64,000 nt of DNA from NCBI GenBank assembly GCA_964016885.1, contig OZ024741.1:55242001-55306000 (forward strand), written 5' to 3'. Shown in pieces: positions 63,392 to 64,000 of the stretch. A program made the position numbers and the translations under genes. The first letter of the stretch is position 1. Each line of letters begins with the position of its first letter. The notes below the pieces were generated by a model, which saw nothing but the letters and a program-made list of their open reading frames with translations, had not been told where the DNA came from and did not search any database. Origin of the DNA: Eledone cirrhosa (lineage: Eukaryota).

Positions 63392-64000
63392 GTTGGTGGT
63401 GTTGTTGGTGGTGTTGTTGTTGTTGGTGGTGTTGTTGTTGGTGGTGGTGGTGTTGTTGTTGGTGTTGTTGTTGGTGGTGTAGTTGTTGGTGTTGATGTTG
63501 ATGTTGTTGTTGACGGTGTTGGTGTTGGTGTTGTTGTTGGTGGTGTTCGTGTTGTTGTTGTTGGCGGTGTTTTTGTTGTTGGTGGTAGTGTTGTTGGTGT
63601 TGGTGGTGTTGTTGGTGTTGGTGTTGTTGTTGGTGGTGGTGTTGATGTTGGTGTTGTTGTTGGTGGTGTTGGTGTTGGTGTTTGTGTTGTTGGTGGTGTT
63701 TTTGTTGATGGTGTTGTTGTTGCTGGTGGTGTTGTTGTTGGTGGTGGTGTTTTTGTTGTTGGTGTTGTTTTTGTTGTTGGTGTTGTTGTTGGTGGTGTTG
63801 TTGATGTTGATGTTGTTGGTGGTGTTGGTGTTGGTGTTGTTGTTGGTGGTGTAGTTGTTGGTGTTGATGTTGATGTTGTTGTTGATGGTGTTGGTGTTCG
63901 TGTTGTTGTTGGTGGTGTTCGTGTTGTTGTTGTTGGAGGTGTTTTTGTTGTTAGTGGTAATGTTGTTGGTGTTGGTGGTGTTGTTGGTGTTGGTGTTGTT
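55197..64000. repeat. >8.8 kb interrupted (GGT/GTT)n trinucleotide array
   Basis: Almost only G and T on the + strand; runs off the window end; contains internal block duplications. Confidence 0.95.

Noticed and set aside
55248-63854. Long poly-Val/Leu/Gly and Trp/Cys ORFs that look like membrane proteins
   Set aside because: Frames of the GGT/GTT array with GTG/TTG pseudo-starts.

Overview
Eukaryotic, AT- and microsatellite-rich non-genic DNA. The SINE families point to an octopus/cephalopod genome (inference). No intact host gene is supported and most ORF-track entries are simple-repeat artefacts. The window is a transposon graveyard: a DD37D mariner end, a Chapaev3 DNA transposon, two MITE-like foldbacks, a Helentron-like element, about 15 tRNA-derived SINEs and Penelope (PLE) remnants. 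A 16 kb stack of R4/Dong and Tx1 LINEs is nested in an (AAT)n array, further R4-like LINEs sit in (TACA)n, and an 8.8 kb (GGT/GTT)n array closes the window. The hidden layer is RNA. Manual folding gives about 9 complete or near-complete type I hammerhead ribozymes (HHRs) from several unrelated families, plus degenerate and half copies, nearly all with a palindromic (dimer-type) stem III. The best candidate for an undescribed system is a non-coding, highly structured 318-bp HHR repeat (1.5 tandem units at 15.1-15.6 kb, a diverged copy at 2.6-2.9 kb) carrying an octamer motif. It resembles a retrozyme or newt-satellite-2-like circular RNA unit. A 2.6 kb ORF-less PLE-like element with HHR-bearing direct repeats and a 5' inversion lies at 43.8-46.4 kb. 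All calls are by eye; no database search or folding software was run.
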